Shown here in pieces: positions 37,094-51,237 of a stretch of DNA of 64,000 bases; within the stretch, counting starts at the first letter, position 1; each line of letters starts with the position of its first letter. Below the pieces are notes generated by a model. The model did not search any database. It was not told where the DNA came from and saw only the letters and a program-made list of their open reading frames with translations. The stretch comes from Botryllus schlosseri. Its lineage: Eukaryota. The stretch covers positions 26,228,001 to 26,292,000 of the forward strand of contig CM119371.1 in assembly GCA_051294905.1 (NCBI GenBank), written 5' to 3'. The translations under genes and the position numbers were made by a program.

Positions 37094-40000
37094 TCTCTTT
37101 GTTTTTCTCCGATTGCCTCATTGAATGTATACTGAGCGTGGCGCAAATAACCATCATCGGTTGAAAGCGCCACTTGTTTCCATAATAATAATAATATATA
37201 TATTTGTGCGAAACAATTTGTATGCTACTCTTCAAGAACAATTCCAACGACACTAGCACCGTTGCGAAAGTAAACCATTAATTCACTACTCACTAGTACA
37301 ACACCACGCAGACAGTTACGCACCTAACTTCTCAATGAATTTAAAATTCATTGTTTCGTTTTTTCAATTAATGGCAAGCATCCTACATCCTGCATTATGG
37401 AATTGAATTAGGATATAAAATTAGAATATATTTGGCGGACCGGCTGGAAACTTGTCACGGGTCAGTAGGCTACCGGCCCGCGGACCGGTCGTTCAGAACG
37501 ACTGGTAGTAATTAACTTTATTTAGCGACCCAGACATAGGCCTCTGTGAATAATACTTGCAGTCATTATGGAAATTTTACAAAGCAAGGAACGAAAGTGA
37601 TTACCCCAGTTGTCACTGAAAGAACGTGCAGTCGCAGGGAATGAATTTATTCACTGTGAGGTCATTTGGCAAGCCACCTCTAGCTTTACCAGGCATTCGA
37701 AAAAGCATTTATTAGTCATGTATGACTGGCGATGCTGGTATGCAAGTTGAATATCTTATCAGCTGTTAGCTCTGTAACAGTCGTGAGCGATAAGACTATA
37801 CGAGTGTACGTAGAGTGCATTATACATGTTGCGTATAGTGATATCGATGATCAGTCTGTATAACATACAGCATGGTAGCTAAAAGCTATTGTGACAATAT
37901 GTTACATGACTTGGAGAAACAAGAGGTTCGTACGTGCAAATGTTACTACATCAACTTCAACAATGCAAGGATATCATAAGGCGGCCCCGAAACTCACGAA
38001 GCAAAGCGTAGCATGTTTTATAGACAATAACATATAATGTATAATATAGTAAATCAGTGTAAGTGTTATACAGCACTTATGCACAAAATGTCGTGTGTAC
38101 ACAAGAGAGCAATGAGTTGTTTTTATTTTTCGCGAGTCGCGACGTTCTAATCCAGACCGGACCATTACAATCTATGGTGAAGACTATTCAAGTATAAAAG
38201 TATTCTGATGAAACGGAGCGTGCGGTTTTCTTTTACAATTGAGCAATTGCGAATCAAAAGAAGCTGTCAAAGCTCAATTAATATAAACGAGCGGCTGGCT
38301 TGGTGAAGTGGATCGAGAGCGGTATTTCCGTCGGTGATTCCCCGTCTTCCATTGTATTAATTCGTACGACCGCGCTTCAGTAAGCGCGAATTCCAATGAA
38401 GGACGTTGGACTCGAGCGATATTGTTGTTTACGTCTGACTGGTTGCTCGTATCACGAGAAAATTTGCGGTTATTATTAGTACAGTACGTAGTCAGTTAGC
38501 GACATCTTTCAGCTGTTCAGCCATACCATTCAATGGGCTAATCTACCGTTGCCGTAGTGTAAGCAATGAGCATTAATGGGCAATGGAACCCATTTCTGAT
38601 TTACAATTGATGCAATTTCGTAGCTGCCAATTTAGCCCCATGCGGCATTGCATCCCACCAGATACGTCACGAAATATCAAGAGTGCGTGAAATCGTCATG
38701 AGGTAGCTACATATGGAACAACAGCGGACGGTTGTATATGATGTTAGAGTAGGCGGTCGGATTTCGCAGATGTTTCGGAATTTTTATATAGATTTTAAAA
38801 GTCGCTGACGAATGCGAAATTTTGCAACGATTCGTATAACTGCATAACGTCACATTTGTGAAATCACTGCACGTAAAAGCGTTCCCTACCTGACATTACG
38901 TTTACTTGAGGAACGTAGCCTAAATATATGTTGGTTATGTCATGTCGCCCTGCTGCCACAGCGTTCTTAGTACGAGCTACTAGGATATTTACAGTTTCGT
39001 ACGATTACCCCACAGTACACTTATCTACAATTAAATACCACACCTTCTTCATGTCAGCATGGTAATAGCGATAAGTCACGAACGAGATGGGCAGCATAAA
39101 AATTCTAATTTTGTGGGCCGGCGCCTGTTTGGCCGTCGATCCGGACATAGTAGAAAGAGCAAAGTGCACACCGTGAGTATTGATATATGCTAGTCGATTC
39201 TCGATCACACTCTATCGCGAAATGGGAGCTGTTGGTGTGAACAAATAAGGAAATATGACATCCGGAACTCAAACAATTGTCGGATGGCGATGTGGCATCC
39301 TTTCAGAAATCGTTGTCATATGCGTAGTTTATCATGAATACAATCTACTCCTACTGATTCATGAATGTTCGGCAACTCATATGGGAATATAGCCTGCCTA
39401 TGTAATAAGCGGAAATCTGTGTATTATAACGATTCCTACCCTAGCTTAGATTGCAAATCAAGTCATCGTCAATTACTGGTAAAAAATCCACCTTTCACAA
39501 CATCCCATGTAGCTGAAAATGAGTCAAGTACACCAGCTAATATGAGGATCTATCCTGGTGGTAGAATTGGTGACTTAATGAAGTACTTGACATATTAAGT
39601 ATACCTACATACTTTCTGCACTTCAAACTTTGTAAAGTAGGAATTAGTTTCGGGATTTGCTTGCATCAAGTTAATGAGTGAAATTGACATGAAAACCGGA
39701 CGAAAGAGACCCGGTCTTGCGGTAACTGAATATATGTACGCAAATTGCACCTATTTGTAGTTCATTCTCTGTGGTGGTCGGGAAGATGCACCCTGTCATT
39801 TCAAGAGTAACCGCTTGTCATCACTTACTGGACGTCAATCAAATCTACTTTTTTCTCGCTTCTTGCTTGCGTACTATTTATTTATCTTCATTCCACTTCT
39901 ACTTGAAGTAGTTTGAGAATGCCTTTGAATTACGACTTCAACCTGTGATTGAGTAGATATTTATGCGGTTACTTATACTTACACTTGAGTAACAATGGTG

Positions 40001-40776
40001 ATTACATTGAAGACCTTCTTTACCTATCCATAGGACATAAAGTGACACGAATCATTCAGCAATGCTGAATTGCTCGAGTAATATTACCATTGGGATGGAT
40101 AAAGAGCAAGATAAGCGCTTTAAATTTTGCCGACGCAACGTTATGGTGCTTGGCACTACTTTAATTCAACTCAGGATGTCTGTAAGTCTAGCAGCTGCAA
40201 TACATCATTCGTTACATGACACCATGAATATCCTGCAGAAATTGAATTACAAAGTTTGGTGCGGTTGTATACCTGTATTCAAACTCGTGATGAGCGAAGG
40301 TCATAGATCCGTTACACGATGTCTTGTATGTCGCATGAAAAGTAGGCCTACTGGATGTGTAACTGCACCTGTATATCGTGTATAGCGCGAAAGAGTAAGG
40401 ATGAAATTAACGACTGCAGTTCTGTCAAATTGCCTGCCTGCCTTCATCACCGCGAATTTGATGCAACGTGCAATTTTACATCAGAGTTGAGGGATCTTCT
40501 TCGGGATAAGTTACGCATAGAAGCCCCTTATTATTCACTGATCACAATACTGGATATATTGTTATGGGCAATATTCCACGACTGGACGTTACTCTACGAC
40601 TCCTAATCTAAGTAGAGCTCAGTCACACGTACTTATTTCGTCAATGATGAACTATTGTTTTCATTTCTCATTAATAAAACGGTCTCGGCTAGTGGTTCCG
40701 GATCTTTTTTTAGTCTAAGCGCATAAATATGTGTGATTGTAACCAGGAGAGGAATGTTTCTATTGATCTCCCAAAG

Positions 40777-41096
40777 CAGTGGTTCTCAACCTGCGGGGCG
40801 TGCCCCCTTGGGGGTGGGGTGGGGGGTGACGTGAAAGCATCTGGAGGTGGCGCGAAGACGCGGTCAACCTAAAAAAAATTCGCGATTTACCTCCAATTCA
40901 TGCGTGTTCCTCTATATTTAGACCGAATTTCATATTTTTGAATTCTCCCATCAATAGTCATAACCTTCCATGCCATCAAACAATCTGTTAGAGTTGCTAG
41001 CATCCCGGTTGGATTTTGTGATATGACGATAAGGGGGCGCGAAATATTTCACTGTCATAAAGGGGGGCGTGTCTAAAAAAAGGTTGAGAACCACTG
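40777..41096 (+). mobile_element. hAT-type MITE (CAGTGGTTCTCAAC family)
   Basis: TIR CAGTGGTTCTCAACCT / AGGTTGAGAACCACTG; flanks TCCCAAAG / TCTTAAAG. Confidence 0.8.
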
Positions 41097-41162
41097 TCTT
41101 AAAGTGAAAATCAATGTTGCAAGGATGACTTCATTTATTTGGCAATCGGTATTTTTCCTCAG

Positions 41163-44100
41163 ACGCGACAGACGAGTCTCCATCTACCCGGAATGCATGC
41201 AAGGGAGCAACCTGATACTATGGTGTGATTATTCCAATTACACCAAAATTCCAGATCCCGACCATATATATCAAGCAAAATCGTGTCGGAATACATTACA
41301 ACTGATCGTCAACGACAGCTGTTTACAAGAGCTCACCGAAGGTAATTCGATTTTATGTATGGATGTAGCCGTGGTATTGAGAATCCTAATGCGGGTTGTT
41401 GGATTACATCCTAACCCAGTGCGTCCCAAAATCATTTCCGCGGTCCTTTTGGGGTCCGCGAGACAGTTCTTTGGATCGCTACTAAGAATGGCAAATGGAG
41501 TTTACGGTGTTGACATAGGATTTAACGATCGCCTGTTGCAATTCCAGTGGTGACACCCAGTGTTCCCTCTAAGCTGCGCACGTGCGCAAATGCGCAGGGC
41601 TGATACGATCTCTGCGCACAGAAAATCTAAGTTGCGCACAAAAAATCCGAAATGATGACTTTTTTTTAGTCGTTACGCACTGTTGTCGAAGGCTCTGCGC
41701 AGTGAGTTGGTTAGTGTGCGCAGACTCGTCAAAAATTAGAGGGAACATTGGTGACACCCCATTCCTCAATTCGACGGATGTCCAATTTTTACACTCGAAT
41801 GTCTGCAGATCAATTGGAAAAATATGAGAACATAGAAGTCTTGCACTGTGGTTGGAATAAAATTCGAATACTCAAGGGTGGCGTCTTTCGCAACAATGCC
41901 AAGCTCAGGAGGATCGATATGAGGCGAAACTACATCACGCATATCGAGAGGGAAATTTTCACAGGTAAATCAACGGGGCTTTCTATTGAAAACGATCATC
42001 AGAGCAAAGTTCATAGCGCCAGTGAAAACCACCAGCCTAGCACATCTGTTTGGATGGACTTCTCTATACTTGGTCGATAAAAGGTAAATATATATTTGAG
42101 AAACAATACCAAACCCTACAAACACGCGAGATTCCCTGATATTCTCACATCAAAGCACACTCATGCACACTCAAAGACATGTCAGAAGGTATCGGAAAAG
42201 TATCTAAAAAGTATGCTAGTAAGTAGTATCGAAATTCGATTTCTTTACCCAATCGCATATACCGTCGTCAGTTGATAAGCATTGTCTAACTTAGTAATTG
42301 TAGGTAGAGAATGCCTTTGCGACAAACGCAAAACGATTAATGACACTACAGATATTTCAGAAAATACATACGACCATAGGCTTCTCCGAGTGTGGTCCGT
42401 GGACCCCATTGAGTTACCTGGATTATATTTTGGGAATGCGTGAAAAGGCAGTACGTCATCAATATCTACAAAAAACTTTATCATTTGAAAATGACATCGT
42501 GAGTGGGACTGCGAATACCTTGTAGTCATTAGTTATTTTGTTTCAGCCATGGGATAGCCCCAAATCTAAATAGAGTTTAGCTAGATGCGATGACTCTCCA
42601 GTCATCGGTTTCTCAAATTCTTGAGGTAAACGCATCCGCCTACGAAACTTGAAAGGATCTGCACTCAAAAATCTTTAAGAACCCTTAAACCATAAATTTA
42701 TCGCGATACGAGCGCTATTTTGCCCAGGTGTTTTGACAATTTTACTCTTAAATTTGATCCAAAAATATAAGGAGTCCTGCTGTGTGCTACTACTCAGGTT
42801 GAAGTATTTTAAAAACATAACCTGGTAGTACAGGTAATCAAAACCTACTCGAGGCCGTTGAAAACCTGGTTGTAGTTAGTTACCGAATACCTCTGTACAC
42901 CCATTTTATATACATAATTCTAATTGGCCAATTCCATTTGACTTATCGATATCGTTTACGTACATTCATTATTCCGGTATCGTTCCGATGATATAAAAAA
43001 ATAACATATTCGTTTCATTGTCAAGTCATAAATACGTGTGGGTGCTTGTGCTATAAAAAGAGTTTCCTACAGCTATGCTACAATGGAGATCAATGCCTTG
43101 AAATGATCGGTATCGCTGAATGCGTTCTATAAATCACTTTTGCAGGCTTACATCATCTGGAGTCTCTGTACCTCAGCAGCAATTTATTGGAGGAAGTCGA
43201 AGGATCGGCGTTTGCGGAGCTAGAATCCTTGCAAGAGCTATCTTTACATAATAACGTCATAAAAGCGTTGAAGAAGGGAACATTTAGTCATCTACGTCAT
43301 CTCAAAGTGCTGGATTTGTCAGGTGGGCTTGATGAAGGCAATACAGAATGGACGTGGGCTACATTCTTCATCGCAAGATGTGTCTTACTGAATCACGCGA
43401 AACGATTAACGACACTGTACTAGTAAGCTCAGATCGCGTATATAGATTTGTGTATTGCAATACAAAACTATTTTCCACTCTTCAAAGTTCAAATCGGAGC
43501 AATTAAGTAGTTAATTATGCCTAAAAATCAGATCGAATAGAAGAAGCAGTCATCTAAAAACATTTCTACTTGATTGTAAGCACGGATCTTAGTCGGAATC
43601 TCAAATTTGGATTTGTCAGAGTCGGCAGCAGGGTGGCTAAGTATAGTAATCTGATGATGCATAGAGTCGTGAGTTTTAGTCGGGCGTTGGGAATTGGAAA
43701 CTCGCTGCAGTCGGGTGTGGAGTTGAATTGAAATTTGTGCCAAAGCACCCGCCCATTCCCCAGCCTTGTCTTGCAGTAGTAGAAAGCACCATTATGCTAC
43801 TGTCAAAACGCGTAGGCGCATTGAAAGCAGTTTGTAATCACATAATTCGAAGTTTCAAGACAATGTGATTTGTATGTATATAAGTGAGCCGGCAGAAACC
43901 AAATCTAAATTTCGCAGGAAATGAAATAACTGTCATAGAAGACGGGGCTTTCCAAGGGCTCAATGCGCTTGAGACGCTGCACTTGGATGGAAATAGAATA
44001 TCTGAGTTCAATACGGCAATCCTCGAATCTCTTCCTAATTTACAAGTTCTAACGTTATCAAACAACAATCTCAAGTCCGTCTCACTTTTCGCAAACGTAA

Positions 44101-47100
44101 GTATGAATTAATTTCCGGAAGGCCTGGAAGTTGTCATTTCGGACAGACATTTCGAATATCTACGACGTAATAGAGCTACCAGGATATGATACGGTCTTTT
44201 GTCCAGATGTGGTCAAACGGTGTCTGCGATAACTTACGGCCCTATCTGTCGCATTGCACTTGCAATGTCGTGGCGGCCGACGCTCGTAAAACAGATTCGC
44301 TTCTCGCAACCAGACGACTCTCTTCAGATAAGTGTAACAAAGCCGTATACAAGAGAAATGTTATAAGCTAGTCAAAACGGAAGCTAAATATAACTCTATC
44401 GCCACTGAAATCGAACACATTCGTTACTATATTATTAGCTTATCATGGCATGATTTCATAATAATTCAAACGCAGCGATTAGCTCCAAATCTTTGCCTCA
44501 AACTTTAAGCCGTCTTCTATACACAGAAGCGCAATCACAAATGCACAACATCACAGTTGAGTAATGAATATTATGGCTTCAAAACGGGAGTCGTCTGGTC
44601 GAAATCGAAAACAATAGCCGATGTCTGTTTTGCCAGTGCCGGCCTCCTCGAACTTGCGAGTGTTTTGAACCAATTCAGACCGTAAGTTATCATATAGGTC
44701 GCGGGTCAAAGTAATCTACTCAAATACCAATAATGAATTCAAAGAGTCTGTCATTTACGAAATTCCAGGATGCCGAGAAATGATCAACGACACTATAAAC
44801 AGACGCAGATTTCGGCAATATATTCTGTTGACGTGGTACAGGGGCTGTTTCACCATCCGTTCATGTCGATTTCACTCATAAAGGTGACGCGAACTTATCG
44901 TGAAAGTACCCTGTACGTTTCAAACTCAATAGTTTAAAATAGTCAGTTGCTTTGCCTGAAGATATGATTAGATAGAAATGCAAGTAGTCGAAAAACATAA
45001 CCCCTCAAAGAAGTAGAATAAGTGGGCAAAAAGTAGAGCTAGTAGCTTACTCGTTTATCGTTGGAAATCGCTTATCCCCAGCTAAGACATCGCTAAACCG
45101 CCTGAAGAATTTAAACCCTTTCAAATACCTTAAGAATCCATAACCTACTCTCATCCCCAGCCCACGCTAACCAATATCGGCTTCCATCTAAACCTTCTCT
45201 AATCCCGAAGTCAAGTCGAGCTAAAACTAACCGTCGCCATGTTGTCATCGATATCCCAAGATAACCTCAACCCGAAATATTTCCTTATAGTCTATTCGTT
45301 AACACAGTCGTGGGGCCGCCTTATCTGTCGCATGAATGCCCGAACACTCCTTCCAGAAATTGCAGATATCCGAATGCTCTGGTCACCCAGTCCATAGTGT
45401 ATCCAAACCGCGTGCATATAATTTACAGGGACCGTTTCCACACCTGCATACGCTTGACCTCAGCCACAATTGCATCCAATCTCTTGGCGAGTTCATGCTA
45501 TCAAGAATGCCAAAGCTTCAGTGAGTCGATGAACTTTTATTTGTGGAAGAAGATTTTGTATCGTTACATTGAATTCCGCAAAATAGATAACATGAATCAG
45601 TGGTAATATTGGTGATATTGCAATTTATAGGCTTAACTATGAGCCGTCACTTTAATCTCAGTAAAATTGTGTCGAAATGTACTCCTCACAGAGACGATGA
45701 TCAAAAATGTCTATATGACCAGCAGATATCAGGATATATCATTGTCTGACCGGTACTCACTATTCATCCCTGCGTTTGACGCTAGTTTGCAAGAATTCTC
45801 TTTCCCCGTTTTCAGCCCCGGCGGCTTCAGACGTCACAAATATCCCCTATTTTAGCATTCGTAAACATAAATTGACAATAATTATTCATGGATACTAACA
45901 ACAGCTGTATAATATATTTTGCGGCATATTCTGAGGTTAATCAGAGCCTCAAGAATGCCAGCTTGGACTCGCATGCTGCTGTGAGAGTTGCGGTTGGTAA
46001 TCAGTATCACTGATATAGATGTTGATTTGCCTTTAGAACTTTGAAAATGGAGTACAACGAAATACGGTCAATACATGAAGATGCCTTTCGCAACAACAAA
46101 GAATTGAGAGTGGTCGATCTTTCTGCCAACAACCTGACTGAGATAGCGCGATATATGTTTTCGAACTCATGGTAATATTACTTTTGTGATTTGTAAGGCC
46201 GTGACTGATTGCAGCCCATCCCGATAAGTTCATTACAATTCTGGATATATCATCGGAATATCAAAACATTAAACTACACATGATAGCTTGACTTCACGAA
46301 TAGTAATTTTGCGATGGGATCGTAGTGTTTCAACAATCACACCATAGAATTGCATAACCTTTGAATGACATGGTCTGAAGCAATCACCAATCACATTCAT
46401 TCTGGTACCATATCCGTTCCCAAATTGAGATGTTCTACTTAAGTCAAATACTGATTGATTTATCTCGCATCATTGAGAAAAATAGTACTATTGACCTATT
46501 TTTCATGTTGTCATTTCAGCAGAATCTGTCTGATTTGCGCAGTATTCGTATCGCAACGATCGAGTGAACTTTCGTATTATAATTCCGCACTTTTGTATTG
46601 CTGATATCGCCCCATAATAGTGCCCTTCATAACATTCGGTGCTTTTTGTATTATAGTCATTTGGAGGAATTGAATCTGAGTGATAATGGAATCAATAATT
46701 TTTATCTGGATTGGTACTCATCAGTGATCAGAAACGGGCATCCTATTGGTAACGATATTAGAAGAAACCAATGGGAATGTACATGCGACATTTATTTGCT
46801 CAAAGTAAGTTTGATATGGGATTCGATGTGATGTTAATTTAGGAAGATTCGGAATTAGTTGGGTATTCTTTCTAACACTATATCGTGGATAAGTGGTTGT
46901 GATTTTATGGCGACATTCACTTAATTATTACGACGAGCACGGTTTGAAAACTTTGAAACACATATATTCTGCAGTCCGAAGTATTGAATCATATCCATTT
47001 GAAAGGAGGTGTGACGATACTGGGTGTGGCGATAACCCTTCAAAATCGCATTATATTTTCAAATTTCAACTATACTACGACGTCACGTCGCAGTTTCTTT

Positions 47101-47703
47101 GCAAGTCATAGAGGAATGTCCTTCACGATATCTCCCATTATACAAAACGTGAGCGCGAGACCGCCTTTTTGACCTACGGATAGCATATTTGATGTAACGC
47201 AAGTAGAAACGAAAAAATAGTTCGGTGCGATATTGGCGACCTACTGACGATCGATTACATTTATGCAGCAAGCTCTTCGAGACAAGCAAGCTTGGGGTCG
47301 AATGTTACATTTCGATTGTCGGCCAGACGAACATGAAGAAGTATTTCAAACCAAATGCAAGGGAATACTCAATCGCCGTTCTGCGTTTCACCGTTGTCAT
47401 AGGAGAAATACAACGAAAACCTTTCAAATACACGTTTACAAAGTGGCGTACGTCGGCTCTCTCTTGAGGAAGCAAATGAAGTTACACACTACATTCTCAG
47501 AGAAAAGACTATCGTATAAAGCGCCCACAAATTTATGGCCAATAGTCATTACCATTGCATGCTTGGCCACCCTCGCCATAATCATTTTTGCTGCTGTGAA
47601 TTTTCGTCGTCAGCGACATGGGATGAAGCGTGAGAGACCGCAAGATAATGCTTCAAAACGTCGAGATAACAGATCAGATATGTCGCTAGATTTTGCTGCT
47701 TGA
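41163..47703 (+). CDS. single-pass leucine-rich-repeat transmembrane protein (TLR/Slit-type LRR ectodomain, no TIR seen); 5' exon(s) not identified
   Basis: Phase-consistent GT-AG exons 41163-41341, 41809-41964, 43146-43322, 43918-44096, 45429-45520, 46037-46171, 46657-46804, 47269-47703; many LxxLxLxxNxI repeats; LRR-CT start NQWECTC; TM LWPIVITIACLATLAIIIFAAV followed by RRQR. The last exon may hide a further intron. Confidence 0.8.
41558..41750. mobile_element. hAT-type MITE in an LRR-gene intron
   Basis: TIR CAGTGTTCCCTCTAA / TTAGAGGGAACATTG; exact TSD GTGACACC; TGCGCA subterminal motifs; end fragment also at about 57806-57853. Confidence 0.85.
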
Positions 47704-50001
47704 TGAGCTGGATTACGTGTTTTCAATGACCTCCGGTATTATTGTGCATGTACAATTGTACACTAGCAGTGTACAATATTCTGATTTAATATTTTGTGCG
47801 GATGTGTAGTTTCCCCGAATGTTCCCGAAATGTTTGAATCGATTGTAGCTGATCGCAATCAACAAATTTTCACTTTAGCTCCCTACAACCTTGTGATGAG
47901 ATTATGCATTTCTATGGCCGAGAACGACTTCACGCGACAAGCACTTCTGCACTATCGCAGGTACGATGGACATGATGACATTGATAGACTCTAGACGCGC
48001 AACGACGAATACCCTTTCTATGCGAGCAAAACCGCGTGACAGGATTTGGTTCAACTCATCATCATATTGAGAAAAATGCACGGATTTGATGTTCCTCTTC
48101 GGTCACAGATTTGGTGCTCCGAATCCGAATGAGCTATGAGGGCACAATTATGTCATGTGCCATGCTAGAAATGATGTGGCTGTCGTTGTTGTTGTTGTTG
48201 ATGATGTTGTTGTTAGAATTGCACCAAACTTGGTGCGCATGTGCAGCGTTTTTTAAGGTAACCTGACAATTTAATCACTGAATGGCTGGAATCCGGAAAA
48301 ATAAGTTATTTATAAACAGCCCTAGTTTATAGTCTAAAGCAGCAAGTTAATTGTGGTTTGTAGATGCAATGTCATAATTCATTATCGTTGAAATTGCTAC
48401 ATTGTTGGCTTGTTCATAACATGTTACTGTTACATATTATTTTTATCTCGGAATATTCCAAATACTATATCTTACAGTTTAGTCCGTAGAAGTTTTCCTA
48501 AATTTTGCTGCAGTTGTCCCACTTATAATTTTGTAAAATTGCTGCATTTGTTCTTGCATTTGTTTCATACACGTTAGTATCTGCTATATCAATAGGTTTA
48601 ATGGAACGAAGTGATTCCTAATGACCTAATACAAACGGAGATCAATGAGTGGCAGTTTTGAAGAGTTCGAGGTGGGTCGCAGAGCTATTTGTAAAATTGG
48701 AACCATTGAAAGTTTAGGTATATATCAGTCATATTATTTCCGCAAAACATGTATTCGTAATGTCGAATTATACGTACTTCAAGATTTTAAAGTGCCCCGA
48801 TAAAGACGGGTAGGGTGTCACAATGTGTAAAGTCGAAAATGGGATGGGCAAAACCGTCTCTTGCCCCCTGGCCTCGGGTATGGGGACAATCTGCGTCTAG
48901 CGTAAATAATTTCGATTATATAATAACTGGAAGTTAATACTGGAGTATGCTTACTTTGTGCACCTGTGAAATCAAGATAGGACTTATGCAAACTGACCGT
49001 TAACGACGAAACAACATGGCTAAGATGGAACAACTATTGTTATTCCTATACAACAGTGGCTCCCAAAGTGGGCGCTGGCCATAAAATGGGCGATTGGGGG
49101 GGGGGGGGGGGTGGCAATAAAATTTGGCGGTAGGGGGCGATGAGAGCAAACGGGGGTGGTGTAGGTTTAGAAGGCAACTACTGCGTATAGTGTTGAAACG
49201 ATTGATTAATAAAACAGCTAAATTCTCAGTAAAAATGCAAAATCGATGCAGGAAGGGCAATTATATTCGTCCGTCTATTTGTTCAGCTGTACCAGAAAAG
49301 TCCATTGTTACTTGACAATGTTGATCATGGCCATCAATGGACTAATTTAGCAATCGGCAGTATCCGTGAAATGCGTGGTCCATTGTGTGCAGTGAGAAGT
49401 ACGAAGTAATTGATTAGGTATTGCTCACTGCAAGGTGGGATGACTTTTTTGAAGAACCTCTATTGCGGCCTTCGACACGGCGTTCTGGTTGCGAGAAACG
49501 ATATCGCTCCTACGGCATGCTTTCCAAAACTTATAAGTAGATTATAAGTTCTTGATAATGATGAAACCTGATAAAGGCGAATATGGCACTGTCAGGATTC
49601 AATGATAAGACACGTGCGACTCGTGACTGTTCCAATTCTCAAGCTAGCATGAGCTACCGGTCCAGCTCGAATACCCGATTTTGATTTAGAAACATAAATC
49701 AATCATCTCACAAAATTACACGAGGATATAGCAATGTCATTCCAGAATATATTCCAATTAGAAATTCCTCACCATATAATCAATCTATTCTGTGAAGTTT
49801 CCGGGCATGAAATGATTGAGTAGCTGATTATGATTACATTGTTTCGATTTCAATATCCCCAATCAATCGTTCTGGATACACAATTGAATCAAATAGAAAT
49901 GCTCTCACTGGAGTCGAGTTGACTTTTTCGTCATTGCATTTCCCCGCTCATATTTGACAGAACGTATTTTCAGTGCCGTGACAAAGTTTCTGAGTCACAG
50001 C

Positions 50002-51237
50002 CTGGGCCGTAATACTACTTCGTCAGCCCCACCAAATGTTGGTCTTGGGCCCCCCATATGAGGATAAACAGAACTTCTGGGGGCTTGGTCCCCCAAACCC
50101 CCCTCACACTGAAGCCTGTTTACCGCTACTTATCATCTACATTGGGTTACGTTTTGTGGGTCAGCTTTTCTTGGCTTAACGCGTGAGTCCGAAAATTTTC
50201 TATAAATAATGATTGAATCTGTCAATATGATCGGAAAATGCGTATATATTGCTATGAATTTTTATCCTCTTCCTGCTCACGTAATCAGATTTACTGGCAG
50301 GGCTGAGGGAGGTGTGTTTGAAAAGGTAGGACCCCTCAATAACAATTGAACATCTTCGGGCGATATCCGTCGGCAGGAACGAAATAGCAGTTCGTCAGGC
50401 CCTCCAAGAAAAATTGGGTCTTGGGCTCCCACAGGGTGATAAACCTTACCTTCACACCTTGTTCGCTTTTGCCACGAAGCTAGCCGTACTCTCTAGTGAG
50501 CCAGCGCAAATCGCGAAAATTTTCGATAATTCATGATAAAATCGGTCAATAGCATTGGGAATTGCATATAGATTGCTATCACTATCTTGTCCTCTCAGCT
50601 CGCGTAATAAGATTAACTATGGTAGAGCTGAGTGAGGTGTCTTGAAAACTGCAGGGCCCGTTGGTATGACTCCGTAACATGATGTTATTTCGTGACCTCC
50701 AGTCTGCTATATCAAAAAATATAGAATCGGTCAAACGTAGGCTACTAAACTAATAGACGCTTACGATTTCAAATTGGTATTTCTTCGCCGGCATATACTT
50801 TTGTCCTGTGGGATGGTATTTGTCTTGTGCGGTTCAGATTGCCAAGACAATATTTTGTATCTATAAGGAAGTCTTCGGTCAGTATAAGGGCAGTCCCTTT
50901 CGGCCAAGGTTTAATCGCTGCCGATCGTTCTGGCACACTTCTTGGAGTCGCATGCTACATGGCCAAAAACTTTATTTATCGTGGCGCGGTAATGGGAATC
51001 GCCGATATATGCCCATTTCTCTGAATCTTGCGTAATTTTTCTTGTGGGAAGAGTACCCGAAAATTAAGATATTTGGCTGCTTGAAATCGCACCAAAAGCG
51101 CGAAAAATTCTTGAAAAAGTTGCATGAATTTTCAAAAAATACTCTATAATTTATGCTAATTTACGAATTAATTTTTGCCTCCCTTCGACCTCGACCCCCC
51201 CAATTGGGGGGTTTGGGGTGCGGCAGTTACGGTCCTG
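50002..51237 (+). mobile_element. CAGG(G/A)CCGTAAC element, free-standing older copy
   Basis: Termini CTGGGCCGTAAT / GTTACGGTCCTG; flanks GTCACAGC / CTCACAGC; colinear with 24118-25438. Confidence 0.8.

Larger units (their letters stand above)
31753..37193 (+). mobile_element. full-length non-LTR retrotransposon, I-group (I/Nimb-like)
   Basis: Exact 14-bp TSD ATATATATATTTGT (31739-31752, 37194-37207); short (TAA)n tail; 3' stem-loop; ORF1 + ORF2 including RNase H. Confidence 0.93.

Noticed and set aside
45291..45428. Longer version of the fifth LRR exon using the acceptor at 45290
   Set aside because: Contains in-frame TAA and TGA; the acceptor at 45428 keeps the frame open.
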